38,095 nucleotides of DNA, from contig CAJWZN010000001.1 of the NCBI GenBank assembly GCA_913050105.1, forward strand, positions 1 to 38,095, in the 5' to 3' direction. Every line of letters starts with the position of its first letter. The stretch's first letter is position 1. Below are positions 19,588-28,277 of the stretch, in pieces. The stretch comes from an uncultured Synechococcus sp. (GTDB taxonomy: Bacteria; Cyanobacteriota; Cyanobacteriia; PCC-6307; Cyanobiaceae). The notes below the pieces were generated by a model. That model ran no database searches and was not told the origin of the DNA. It saw nothing but the letters and a program-made list of their open reading frames with translations. The translations under genes and the position numbers were made by a program.

Positions 19588-19986
19588 ATGCATGCGTTGG
19601 ATACGATGCGTGCTCTGACAAGCAAGGGTGAGTTGATCACCCTTCAGTCAGGAGATGTTCTTTTTAAAGCCGGCGAAACAGGTTCCACGATGTTTGGAAT
19701 CTTCGAAAGATCTGTCAGACTTGCCTGGACTGATTCATCGCATCAGCATCATCATAAAGATATTCAGGTTGGTCATAACTTTGGCTCAGGATTGTTGGTT
19801 GTGGAGGACCACCGCCGTTTAAGCACTGCAACTGCGAGGTGTGTTTGTCGTCTTGTTGTGATGAATCGAGAGAAGTTTTTGTTTGCCGTGCAGGAGGCTC
19901 CGATGTTTGCGATTGGCCTTTTGGCTTCGATTGAGTCACGCCTACGGGGTATCAGTGTGGATGGCATGACGTCTGCCCCTGATTAA
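19588..19986 (+). CDS. Stand-alone cyclic-nucleotide-binding (CAP-ED) domain protein
   Basis: GDVLFKAGETG..MFGI, FG...L.....R.STATA, C-helix FLFAVQEAPMFAIGLL; no HTH. Confidence 0.85.
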   Translation: MHALDTMRALTSKGELITLQSGDVLFKAGETGSTMFGIFERSVRLAWTDSSHQHHHKDIQVGHNFGSGLLVVEDHRRLSTATARCVCRLVVMNREKFLFAVQEAPMFAIGLLASIESRLRGISVDGMTSAPD

Positions 19987-20035
19987 TCAGTCCATTCGAC
20001 GTGATGTGGCGTTGTTTGGCTGCGAGTTCAATCGC

Positions 20036-20054
20036 TTATGCAATAAGTGCATAA
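20036..20054. promoter_or_regulatory. Perfect 7-5-7 inverted repeat (TTATGCA-ataag-TGCATAA), putative operator
   Basis: Read directly; AT-rich intergenic DNA, 24 nt upstream of the PucC-like ATG. Confidence 0.6.
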
Positions 20055-20078
20055 TTATCTTGATTGGTTCTTGGTTGA

Positions 20079-21467
20079 ATGCGAAGGCGGCCCGTGTTCC
20101 TGGGTCTACAACTGGGATTATTTCAGCTGGGTCTGGGCATTTTTGGGGTCCTGGCGTTCGGGCTTTTTAATCGTCTGCTGATAGCGGAATTTCAATTGCC
20201 GGCAGTCCTGGTGGCTGTGGCGATCGGCTCCCAGCAGTTGATGGGGTTCACCCGAGTGTGGTTCGGTCATCGCTCTGATCGGATTCCTCTCAATCGTCTG
20301 CGTCGTACCCCCTTCATTGTTTTCAGTTCACTGTCCCTGGCATTGCTGTTCGGACTGGCGTGCCAGCTGATGTTGCAGCTCGGAAGAGCCGTGGAGGGTT
20401 CAGGAGGAGCGACTTTTCTCTTGTTAATCCCCATGTTGACGGCAGTTTTTATTGCCATCGGCCTGGCCATTGCCGCAGGAGGCACGGCGCTTTCAGCTTT
20501 GATTGCCGATTGCATATCGCAAGAGGAACGACCCAAGGTGCTCTCGGTGGTTTGGGGGATGCGTTTGCTGGGAGTCCTGTTCGGGAGTGTTTTGGTGAAT
20601 CAGGTGTTTGGGGATGCCTGCACTGCCGGTGCAAGCAGTCCTGCTTTGCTGGCTGGGCTGGAGCGGTTGGCAGTCGTGACACCCCCCCTCTTGCTTGCTG
20701 TCGGAGTGGTGTCTGTTCTTGGTGTGGAGCGTCACAACACTGCTCCGACGAAGTACCCAGCGGGTGAGGCCACGCCAAAGTCACAGCGCGTTGCCCTGCC
20801 CCAGCTCCTGACCCGTTTGCGTTCCATTCCTGAGGCTGGACGCTTTCTGGGTGTGCTCTGTCTGTTCACCTTCAGCATGTTTTTGAACGATGCGGTGCTG
20901 GAGCCATATGGCGCCGCAGTATTTGGTATGAGTATTTGTGCGACCACCTCTCTCAACGTGTTGGTTGCACTGGGATTCTTCGGAGGACTGGCGCTGAGCG
21001 GTTTTGTCTTGATCCAACGCTTCGGCACAATCCGGGTGGCCAGATTCGGAGCTTTTCTGGCTAGCTCTGCCTTGGGCTTGATGCTGTTTGCGGGAACGGA
21101 TGCGTCCATCCCCCTGCTTCAGGTGGCGGTGACATTTTTTGGCTTGTCACTCGGGGTCTGCATTAACGCTTGCCTCACCTTGATGTTCAGTTTTGTTCAA
21201 CCCGGACGTACAGGCTTTCTGCTTGGTATTTGGGGTGCGGGCTATGCCTATTCGTCCGGCCTGGCCATCATCAGCGGCGGTGGGTTGCTGACCTTGTTCA
21301 GGACGTTGAATGGCGGTGATGCTTCTGGAGCCTATGGAGTTGTGTTTGGTCTTCAGATGATCTGTTTCCTTGGAGCAGCCTGGATGACGGGACATCTGGA
21401 CATTGCTGGATTCCGCTCCAAGGTTCGGTCTCGGTTGTGGAACGGCATGGAGCCAAGCATTGACTAG
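20079..21467 (+). CDS. PucC/BCD-family MFS transporter
   Basis: FNRLLIAE, RVWFGHRSD...RRTPFI, ALIAD...EERPK, DAVLEPYGAAVFGM; about 12 TM. Confidence 0.88.
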   Translation: MRRRPVFLGLQLGLFQLGLGIFGVLAFGLFNRLLIAEFQLPAVLVAVAIGSQQLMGFTRVWFGHRSDRIPLNRLRRTPFIVFSSLSLALLFGLACQLMLQLGRAVEGSGGATFLLLIPMLTAVFIAIGLAIAAGGTALSALIADCISQEERPKVLSVVWGMRLLGVLFGSVLVNQVFGDACTAGASSPALLAGLERLAVVTPPLLLAVGVVSVLGVERHNTAPTKYPAGEATPKSQRVALPQLLTRLRSIPEAGRFLGVLCLFTFSMFLNDAVLEPYGAAVFGMSICATTSLNVLVALGFFGGLALSGFVLIQRFGTIRVARFGAFLASSALGLMLFAGTDASIPLLQVAVTFFGLSLGVCINACLTLMFSFVQPGRTGFLLGIWGAGYAYSSGLAIISGGGLLTLFRTLNGGDASGAYGVVFGLQMICFLGAAWMTGHLDIAGFRSKVRSRLWNGMEPSID

Positions 21468-21470
21468 AGC

Positions 21471-21503
21471 TGTCTTTGAACCAAAAGCAAGTGGTTAAAG
21501 ACA
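21471..21503. terminator. Imperfect hairpin after the PucC-like stop (terminator or operator)
   Basis: tgtcttt(g)aacca-aaagcaag-tggttaaagaca, 12-bp stem with one bulge; no clear U-tract. Confidence 0.4.
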
Positions 21504-21540
21504 TAGATCCATTAGAAACTGATCTGTTGAAGGGCAGTGA

Positions 21541-23019
21541 ATGACAGCGCTGCAGATCGTCTGGTTCAAACGTGATCTGCGCACCGTTGACCACAGGCCT
21601 TTGGTCGAAGCAGCCGCACGCGGCCCGCTCATGCCGTTGTTTGTTGTTGAGCCCGAGCTGTGGTGCCAGCCGGATGTTTCTGAGCGTCAGTGGATGTTCT
21701 GCCGTGAGTCGCTGCTGGAGTTGCGTGAGTCGACCGCGGCGTTGGGTCAGCCCCTTGTGGTTCGTGCAGGCGATGTGGTGGAGGTGCTGGAACGTGCCAG
21801 GCGTCAATTCGGTGTTGCGTGCCTCTGGAGCCATGAAGAGACCGGTAACGGCTGGACTTATCAGCGTGATAAGCGCGTTGCAGCCTGGGCTCGTATGAAC
21901 GGTATCCCTTGGATGGAGATCCCGCAGTTCGGTGTTGTTCGCCGGATGAAGTCCCGCAACGGTTGGGCTCAATGCTGGGAAAATCAAATGGCAGAGCCAC
22001 TTGTTGCAGCTCCTCTCTCGCTCCAGCGTCTCGACCTGATTGATCCGGGTGTGATCCCAGAGCAGCCCTGCCAAGAGCTTGCGAACGATCCATGCCCTCA
22101 GCGTCAGATCGGTGGTCGTTCGACCGGACTCCGCGAGCTCGACGATTTTCTTCGCTGCCGGGCGCCGCGGTACCAACGAGCCATGTCCAGCCCGAACACT
22201 GCTTTCAAGGGGTGTTCGCGTCTGTCCTCCTATCTCACCTGGGGCTGCCTCTCAATGAGAGAAGTGCTTCAGACCAGTCGCTCTCACAGCGGACGCGGCA
22301 TTCGCAGTTTCGAATCACGGCTGCACTGGCATTGTCATTTCATTCAGAAGCTGGAGGATCAGCCCGCAATTGAATTCAGCGATTTCCATCCGTTCATGCG
22401 CGGCATTCGTCAAAGCGATGTCGAGCGGATGGAGGCATGGTGCGATGGACGTACCGGGGTGCCATTTGTGGATGCCTGCATGCGCGCTCTGCAGGCCCAT
22501 GGCTGGATCAACTTCCGGATGCGGGCGATGTTGATGTCGTTCGCGAGCTACAACCTCTGGCTGCCTTGGCGTGAAACCGGCCTGCACCTGGCCCGTCTGT
22601 TTGTCGACTACGAACCCGGCATTCACTGGAGCCAATGCCAGATGCAATCAGGGAGTACGTCGATCAACACGATCCGGATCTACAACCCGATCAAACAGGG
22701 ACAGGATCATGACCCTGAAGGCAAGTTCATTCGACAGTGGTGCCCGGAGCTCCGCGATGTGCCGGCGATTCATCTCCATGAGCCCTGGGCTCTGGGCGGT
22801 GGAATGCCTGAACCGATTGTTGATGTCACCGCATCAATGCAGATTGCGAAGGATCGGATCTGGGAGATTCGCCGCTCCGCTGGTTTTGGTCAACACGCCG
22901 ATGCCATTCAACGAAAGCATGGATCTCGCAAGGCTGGTCTGAAGCCGGTGACAAACCGTCGTCGTAGGCGTTCCACCAGGCATGACGATGGAACGCAACA
23001 ACTGGTACTGAAGCTTTAG
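21541..23019 (+). CDS. DNA photolyase/cryptochrome family protein
   Basis: VWFKRDLRTVDH, CSRLSSYL, GRTGVPFVDACMR, GWINFRMR, DYEPGIHW, RIYNP..Q..DHDPEG.FIRQWCPEL. Confidence 0.95.
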   Translation: MTALQIVWFKRDLRTVDHRPLVEAAARGPLMPLFVVEPELWCQPDVSERQWMFCRESLLELRESTAALGQPLVVRAGDVVEVLERARRQFGVACLWSHEETGNGWTYQRDKRVAAWARMNGIPWMEIPQFGVVRRMKSRNGWAQCWENQMAEPLVAAPLSLQRLDLIDPGVIPEQPCQELANDPCPQRQIGGRSTGLRELDDFLRCRAPRYQRAMSSPNTAFKGCSRLSSYLTWGCLSMREVLQTSRSHSGRGIRSFESRLHWHCHFIQKLEDQPAIEFSDFHPFMRGIRQSDVERMEAWCDGRTGVPFVDACMRALQAHGWINFRMRAMLMSFASYNLWLPWRETGLHLARLFVDYEPGIHWSQCQMQSGSTSINTIRIYNPIKQGQDHDPEGKFIRQWCPELRDVPAIHLHEPWALGGGMPEPIVDVTASMQIAKDRIWEIRRSAGFGQHADAIQRKHGSRKAGLKPVTNRRRRRSTRHDDGTQQLVLKL

Positions 23020-24161
23020 CTCCGCTGCAGCAGCAGCCGGTTGATCACTCGCTGGGCGATGTCGCCGTATCCCATCTCACCCGAGAGGATCTGAGCAATG
23101 CGGCGTGGTGCTGTGGGTCGCTTGATCCCCAGCTGGTATCCGAGTCCAGGAAAGCGATAAAAGACCTGTGCAATGCGCCTCCCCCAGGCCATCGATTCGC
23201 CCCACCGTTGTCGCATGGCGGTGGTGTAACCCCTTAAATCACTGCTTTCTCCACGAAGCCAGCGATCGAGATGCAGTGCAGCTTCACAGCCACTCATCAG
23301 GGCAGGGCGTAATCCTTCTGCCAGGAATGGGTCGCAGAGCGATGCAGCGTCCCCAACCACCACAATTCCGTTGCCGTTGAGACGGTGATGGCCATTCCAA
23401 ACACGTAACTGTCCGCTCTGACGAAGGCCTGCATCGGGGGGGAAGCCCAGGTCAGGAAGAAGTTGCGCCAAGACCTGCTCAGGATCGGCGTCCTGTTTGC
23501 CGATAAAGCTGCCAACACCGATGTTCACGCCTCCTGCGACTGGGAATGCCCAGGCGAAACCCTGCTTCACCAAACCGAACTCGAAGCGTGTGGTCCCATT
23601 TTTCAACTTGCCCTGCCCCTCCAGTCGAACCGACATGGTGGTTGCTGTCTGAACGCGCTTGGCTCCCAGGCCGAGCCGTTGGGGCCAAGGAGATTCCGAG
23701 CCGTCAGCAATGACGACTGATCGAGCTCGCCATCGCCGGCCATCAGCTGCTGTAACGCTCCAGTGGTCGTTACCCCGACTGATGTCGGTCACTGTTGTTC
23801 CAACACAGCATTCGGCTCCGGCCTGTTTCGCTTGATCAGTCAGCAGCTGATCCAACCGTTCGCGACGCACGATCCAGAACGGTGATTCACCGGGAAGCTC
23901 AGCCACCACTGGATCACCCAGGCACCAGCTGAAATCAACCTGGCGGACCACCTGTTCGACAGCCGGTTCCAAAGAAAAGGGGAACCACTGCTGCACCGAG
24001 GCGGCCATGCCGCCGCCACAAGGTTTGATTCTCGGCTCAGCGTCGCGCTCAAGCAGCACAACATCGTGCCCACCTCGAGACAGGTGAGCCGCTGCTGCTG
24101 CACCAGCGGCTCCAGCCCCGACGATGACCACATCGCGAAACCGTTCAGGACTGCCGCTCAA
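23016..24161 (-). CDS. Geranylgeranyl-reductase-family FAD oxidoreductase
   Basis: [41 protein letters not shown]. Confidence 0.9.
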   Translation of the reverse strand: MSGSPERFRDVVIVGAGAAGAAAAAHLSRGGHDVVLLERDAEPRIKPCGGGMAASVQQWFPFSLEPAVEQVVRQVDFSWCLGDPVVAELPGESPFWIVRRERLDQLLTDQAKQAGAECCVGTTVTDISRGNDHWSVTAADGRRWRARSVVIADGSESPWPQRLGLGAKRVQTATTMSVRLEGQGKLKNGTTRFEFGLVKQGFAWAFPVAGGVNIGVGSFIGKQDADPEQVLAQLLPDLGFPPDAGLRQSGQLRVWNGHHRLNGNGIVVVGDAASLCDPFLAEGLRPALMSGCEAALHLDRWLRGESSDLRGYTTAMRQRWGESMAWGRRIAQVFYRFPGLGYQLGIKRPTAPRRIAQILSGEMGYGDIAQRVINRLLLQRS

Positions 24162-24706
24162 ACCTTGAGAATGTCAGCTTCCTTGTCGGCAAGGTGCTTC
24201 TCCAGTTCAGCAATGAATGTGTCGAGGACCCTCTGAACTGCGTCCTGTTCATCACGACTCTGGTCTTCGGAAAAATCCCCCTCTTTTTCCTGCTTTTTAA
24301 TCTTGTCGATCGCATCACGACGCAGATTTCGCAGTGCCACCTTTCCTTCCTCGGCGTATTTGGAGGCGAGCTTGCAAAATTCCTTGCGTCGTTCCTCGGT
24401 GAGCGGGGGCACATTGATGCGGATGATCTTGCCGTCGTTGTTGGGGGTGAAGCCGAGTTCGCTCATGGCGATTGCCTTTTCGATCCCCGCCAGGCAGCTG
24501 ATGTCGAAGGGCTGGATCTGAATGGTCTGGGAGTCGGGTGTCGACAGGGTTGCCAGTGACTTCAGCGGTGTATCTGCCCCGTAGTACTCGACATTGATTC
24601 GATCGAGCAGAGATGAATTGGCCCGGCCGGTTCGGATTGTGTTGAAGTTGCGCTGGGTGGCCTCCACCGACTTGCGCATGCTGGCTTCGAGGTCCTTGGT
24701 CGACAT
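24158..24706 (-). CDS. frr: Ribosome recycling factor
   Basis: [30 protein letters not shown]; ATG 24706. Confidence 0.99.
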   Translation of the reverse strand: MSTKDLEASMRKSVEATQRNFNTIRTGRANSSLLDRINVEYYGADTPLKSLATLSTPDSQTIQIQPFDISCLAGIEKAIAMSELGFTPNNDGKIIRINVPPLTEERRKEFCKLASKYAEEGKVALRNLRRDAIDKIKKQEKEGDFSEDQSRDEQDAVQRVLDTFIAELEKHLADKEADILKV

Positions 24707-24734
24707 GGTGATCTCGGGTGACGGCGTCGTGAAT

Positions 24735-25448
24735 TCAGGCGGGATTGCCGATACGGGATCCGATCGGTTCTCCAGCAACGGCTTTGCCGATGTTGCCAGG
24801 TTCAAACAGGTTGAACACAACGATCGGGATGTTGTTGTCTTTGCATAGGGCGATGGCGGTGCTGTCCATGACCCCCAGTTCGCCGCTCAACACGTCCTGA
24901 TAGTTCAGATGCTCGTGTTTAACAGCATCTGCATGCTTCGCCGGGTCTTTGTCGTAGACCCCATCAACCTTGGTGGCTTTGAACACAACATCAGCGTTGA
25001 TCTCTGCTGCCCGCAGGGCCGCCGTGGTGTCGGTGGTGAAAAACGGATTTCCGCATCCAGCTCCGAACACAACCACCCGTCCTTTCTCCAGGTGCCGCAT
25101 CGCTTTGCGCCGGATGTAGGGCTCTGCCACTTCCTGCATGGCGATGGCCGTTTGCACGCGTGTCGGAACTCCCGCTCGCTCCAGTCCGTCTTGCAGGGTG
25201 ATCGCGTTCATCACCGTGGCCAGCATCCCCACGTAGTCGGCCGTGGCCCGCTCCATCCCGGCGGCCGATCCTTTCAATCCACGGAAAATGTTGCCGCCGC
25301 CGACAACGATGGCCAGTTGGGTCCCACCTGCCACCACCTTGGCGACGTCCGACGCGATGGACTGAACAATGGCTGGATCGATTCCGTAACCCTGATTACC
25401 CATCAGAGCTTCGCCGCTGAGCTTCAGCAGCACACGGGTATAGGTCAT
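24735..25448 (-). CDS. pyrH: UMP kinase
   Basis: [34 protein letters not shown]; ATG 25448. Confidence 0.99.
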   Translation of the reverse strand: MTYTRVLLKLSGEALMGNQGYGIDPAIVQSIASDVAKVVAGGTQLAIVVGGGNIFRGLKGSAAGMERATADYVGMLATVMNAITLQDGLERAGVPTRVQTAIAMQEVAEPYIRRKAMRHLEKGRVVVFGAGCGNPFFTTDTTAALRAAEINADVVFKATKVDGVYDKDPAKHADAVKHEHLNYQDVLSGELGVMDSTAIALCKDNNIPIVVFNLFEPGNIGKAVAGEPIGSRIGNPA

Positions 25449-25564
25449 CTGTGCCCCAGATCCAATTGACAGTAGCAAGCACTGGCCAGTGCCCTCCTCT
25501 CTCGCTTGCATGGAGCAGCCACCAGCTCTGGATGCCGGAGATCGAATCGAGCCACAGCGGTGTG

Positions 25565-25726
25565 ATGGCGAGGCTCACACTTTCAGCTCTGGAGCGGGCC
25601 AGCCGGGAGCCAGGTTGTTGGAAAGACCCTGTGGTTTATCGAGCTCTTCTCATCAGCGGTTTGTCTGTTCTGACAGATGCGTCGCGCCGGTTGAACGAAG
25701 ACCTGGAGGCTTCGGCTCTGGACTGA
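25565..25726 (+). CDS. Small hypothetical protein (53 aa)
   Basis: [36 protein letters not shown]... fits the pyrH-cobO gap. Confidence 0.55.
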   Translation: MARLTLSALERASREPGCWKDPVVYRALLISGLSVLTDASRRLNEDLEASALD

Positions 25727-25740
25727 GGTCGACGTTTCCC

Positions 25741-26406
25741 TCAGTACTCAATGCCTGCCTGTGCCTTGACGCCCTGTTCCCGGAAGGGGTGATGCACCAG
25801 GGTCATCTCCGTGACCAGGTCTGCCTGGTCCAGCAAAGGCTTGGGAGCTCCTCGGCCGGTGACTGCGACATGGGTGAGTTCCGGACGTTCCTTCAGTCCA
25901 GTGATCACGGTTTCAGGGGTGATGTATCCGAGCTTGAGAGCCACATTCAGTTCGTCCAGCAGCACAAGTTTCACAGTTGCGTCTCTCAGATAGCCAAGGG
26001 CGGTATCCCACGCCTCTTCAACCAGCTGCTGATCCCGTTCGCGGTCCTGGGTCTCCCAGGTGAAACCTTCCCCGAGGGCGTGCCAGCTCACTTGATCCCC
26101 GAAGGCGCGCAGGGCCCGTGCCTCCCCTGGCTCCCAGCCTCCCTTGATGAACTGAACGATTGCAACCCGTTCACCGTGGCCGAGCGTGCGGAGCACAAGC
26201 CCAAGCCCAGCAGTGGTTTTTCCCTTCCCGTGGCCGGTGAACACCAGCACAAGGCCCTTTTCCTTGTTGCGTTCCTCCACACGCTGCTTCTGCACCTGCT
26301 GGCGCCGTTCCATCCGTTTGCGGTAGCCGGCCTCGTCGGTTTCCGGTGACACTCGCCCGCCCATGCCCAGGCTGGCGGCGGTTTGGTCGAGGTCCTTCGC
26401 GGTCAT
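25741..26406 (-). CDS. cobO: Cob(I)yrinic acid a,c-diamide adenosyltransferase
   Basis: FTGHGKGKTTAGLG, VQFIKG, GEGFTW, LLDEL, TGRGAP, ADLVTEM...HPF, AQAGIEY; ATG 26406. Confidence 0.97.
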   Translation of the reverse strand: MTAKDLDQTAASLGMGGRVSPETDEAGYRKRMERRQQVQKQRVEERNKEKGLVLVFTGHGKGKTTAGLGLVLRTLGHGERVAIVQFIKGGWEPGEARALRAFGDQVSWHALGEGFTWETQDRERDQQLVEEAWDTALGYLRDATVKLVLLDELNVALKLGYITPETVITGLKERPELTHVAVTGRGAPKPLLDQADLVTEMTLVHHPFREQGVKAQAGIEY

Positions 26407-27047
26407 GGTTGGGCGGATGGGGGTTTTCGGGCAGTGATTCGTTGCAGGGCTTGCCCGGCCAGAAGCTCCTGCTGCACGCTGCAGAACCCGAGCTCGCTGA
26501 GCTGAGACACCAGATCGTCCTCCAGCATGGCGGTCGCCGTGTCGGTTTCGAACAGAGCGCAGAACAGCTGCTGGGGGAGCTTCAGCCATGGACCAGCGGG
26601 ATGAAGGTCCACCAGAACCAGCCATCCACCTGGCTTCAGAAGCCGCAGGCAGCTGGTTAAGACCCGCACTCTCTCCTTGCGAGGGAACTCGTGAAGCGCA
26701 ACGCTGAGCTGCACTGCTGCAAAGCTTTCAGCAGCCAGAGGTGGGTCTTCCGCCAGGCCCTCCACCAAATGCATCCCTGGATGACGGATGGCAGCCAGGT
26801 CCAAAGCCCTTGGAGCAATGTCCAAACCTGTGACCGAAAAACCGGCTGCGAGCCAGGGGGCTGCTGCCTCCCCACTGCCACAGCAGAGGTCCAGGACGGC
26901 TGAACCTGGGCTCAGTTGCCTTTGCAGAGCGTCAACGCCCAGGCCCCGAAGCCTGGACACTCCTCCCACGCTCAGGGCTGAGACAGCGGTGACCGTGTCG
27001 TAGATCCAGCGGTGGCGGTATGCCAGTGGGCGTAGAAAAGACGTCAT
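26403..27047 (-). CDS. Class I SAM-dependent methyltransferase
   Basis: VLDLCCGSG, VTGLD, ALHE, RLLKPGG; ATGA overlap with cobO. Confidence 0.92.
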   Translation of the reverse strand: MTSFLRPLAYRHRWIYDTVTAVSALSVGGVSRLRGLGVDALQRQLSPGSAVLDLCCGSGEAAAPWLAAGFSVTGLDIAPRALDLAAIRHPGMHLVEGLAEDPPLAAESFAAVQLSVALHEFPRKERVRVLTSCLRLLKPGGWLVLVDLHPAGPWLKLPQQLFCALFETDTATAMLEDDLVSQLSELGFCSVQQELLAGQALQRITARKPPSAQP

Positions 27048-27062
27048 GTCTCCAAATGATGT

Positions 27063-28205
27063 TCAGGCGCCCTGTCGAGCAAGAGCAGCGTCCACCGCCT
27101 GCTGTTGATCGCGGCGGGTGATCCAGTGGTGATAAGTACGGGTATGAATCGCCACGGAATGCCCCATCATTCTGGCGGCGACCGTGTCTGGAAGGCCGAT
27201 GTGGATCGTGCGCACCGCCCAGGCATGACGCAGGTCATAGGGCGTGATCGGCAAGGCATAGCGGCGAAACTGTTCGCTCACCCTGCGGCCCACCTGCTGC
27301 AGCGTTGTAACGCGCAGATCGGTCTGGATGGCTGGTAACGCCTTGAAATCAGTGCTGAGCACGTTGAGACCAAACAGATCGACCCAGTCAGGCTGAAAAG
27401 GCCAGACCTGATGCTCACCGGTCTTGGTTGTGGGCAGCACCCGGATCACCCGATCTCCTGATCTGCTCAGGCTGCTCAGATCGCAGAAAAAAACTTCGTG
27501 GTTGCGCAGCCCGTAGGTCGCCATCAGCCCGTAGACCAGCCGCCAGGCGGGGTTCGGGATATTCATCACCCCTTCGAGGATCTGGGCATCGTTGGGTAAC
27601 TGGCGGAAGCGGGCTTTGTGTAGGCCATAGCCCCCGGCCTCCTGACGCCAGTTCTCCGGCAGGGGGATTTCAAGATGGCGAGCAAGCGCTGCCAGTGCTG
27701 TGGCGCATTGCTGCCTGCTTCGACTTCCGTCGGCATAACTCTCCAGGGTCTCCATCAGCAGGCTGCTGCTGATCGGCTGGTGTCCCGCAAAAGATTGCAC
27801 GCGTCTCAAATAGGGCCGGTATGCGCTGCTCCAGGTGGTGCGGCTGCCCGACGGGTTGCGACGACGACGGGCATCTGTGAAGAAAGCTTGCTTGAAAGAT
27901 TGAACGGCACTCTCCAGATCAGGGGTAGAAGCATTGCTTCGCCCAGGGCTCCAGTCCTCCCAGTTGAATTGTCTGCGCTGCAGCTGTCGCTGCACTTGAC
28001 GCAATGCGTGCTCGGCATCCCGCAGCCCCTCGGGATCAGCTGTCAGCCCCAGACTCAGCCGTTGCACGCGCTCAACGTCCGGATTGCGTCGATCGGGCAA
28101 GCGACCCCTCAGGTTGAGTTTTTGCCCCCTCTGTTCCACCCGCAGCGGATGACCTTCATCCGCGAGGCGGCGGTTGATCAGGTCCAACGCGCATTTCAGT
28201 TCCAT
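27063..28205 (-). CDS. Tyrosine recombinase (site-specific integrase family)
   Basis: YGLRNHE (R), TKTG (K), YDLRHAWAVR (HxxxR), MMGHS (H), HTRTY (Y). Confidence 0.93.
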   Translation of the reverse strand: MELKCALDLINRRLADEGHPLRVEQRGQKLNLRGRLPDRRNPDVERVQRLSLGLTADPEGLRDAEHALRQVQRQLQRRQFNWEDWSPGRSNASTPDLESAVQSFKQAFFTDARRRRNPSGSRTTWSSAYRPYLRRVQSFAGHQPISSSLLMETLESYADGSRSRQQCATALAALARHLEIPLPENWRQEAGGYGLHKARFRQLPNDAQILEGVMNIPNPAWRLVYGLMATYGLRNHEVFFCDLSSLSRSGDRVIRVLPTTKTGEHQVWPFQPDWVDLFGLNVLSTDFKALPAIQTDLRVTTLQQVGRRVSEQFRRYALPITPYDLRHAWAVRTIHIGLPDTVAARMMGHSVAIHTRTYHHWITRRDQQQAVDAALARQGA

Positions 28206-28277
28206 CCGATGCTCATCGGCTACTCACCATGCCGTTAGTGCGGGTTACGCTCAACCCCCTTAACTGCAGGGTTCTGT

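Noticed and set aside
21298-22176. 292-aa minus-strand ORF across the PucC-photolyase junction
   Set aside because: Mostly antisense to the photolyase, with no recognisable domain.
26407-26625. N-terminal extensions of cobO (also frr, pyrH, ssb, cobK, cutA, proS, creatininase) in the ORF track
   Set aside because: They overlap neighbouring genes or precede the family-typical N-terminus; downstream ATGs fit better.
26403-28205. Integrase plus methyltransferase as a prophage or restriction-modification island
   Set aside because: The methyltransferase is a small-molecule class I type with no DPPY/NPPY or PCQ motif; no att sites, tRNA or cargo genes.
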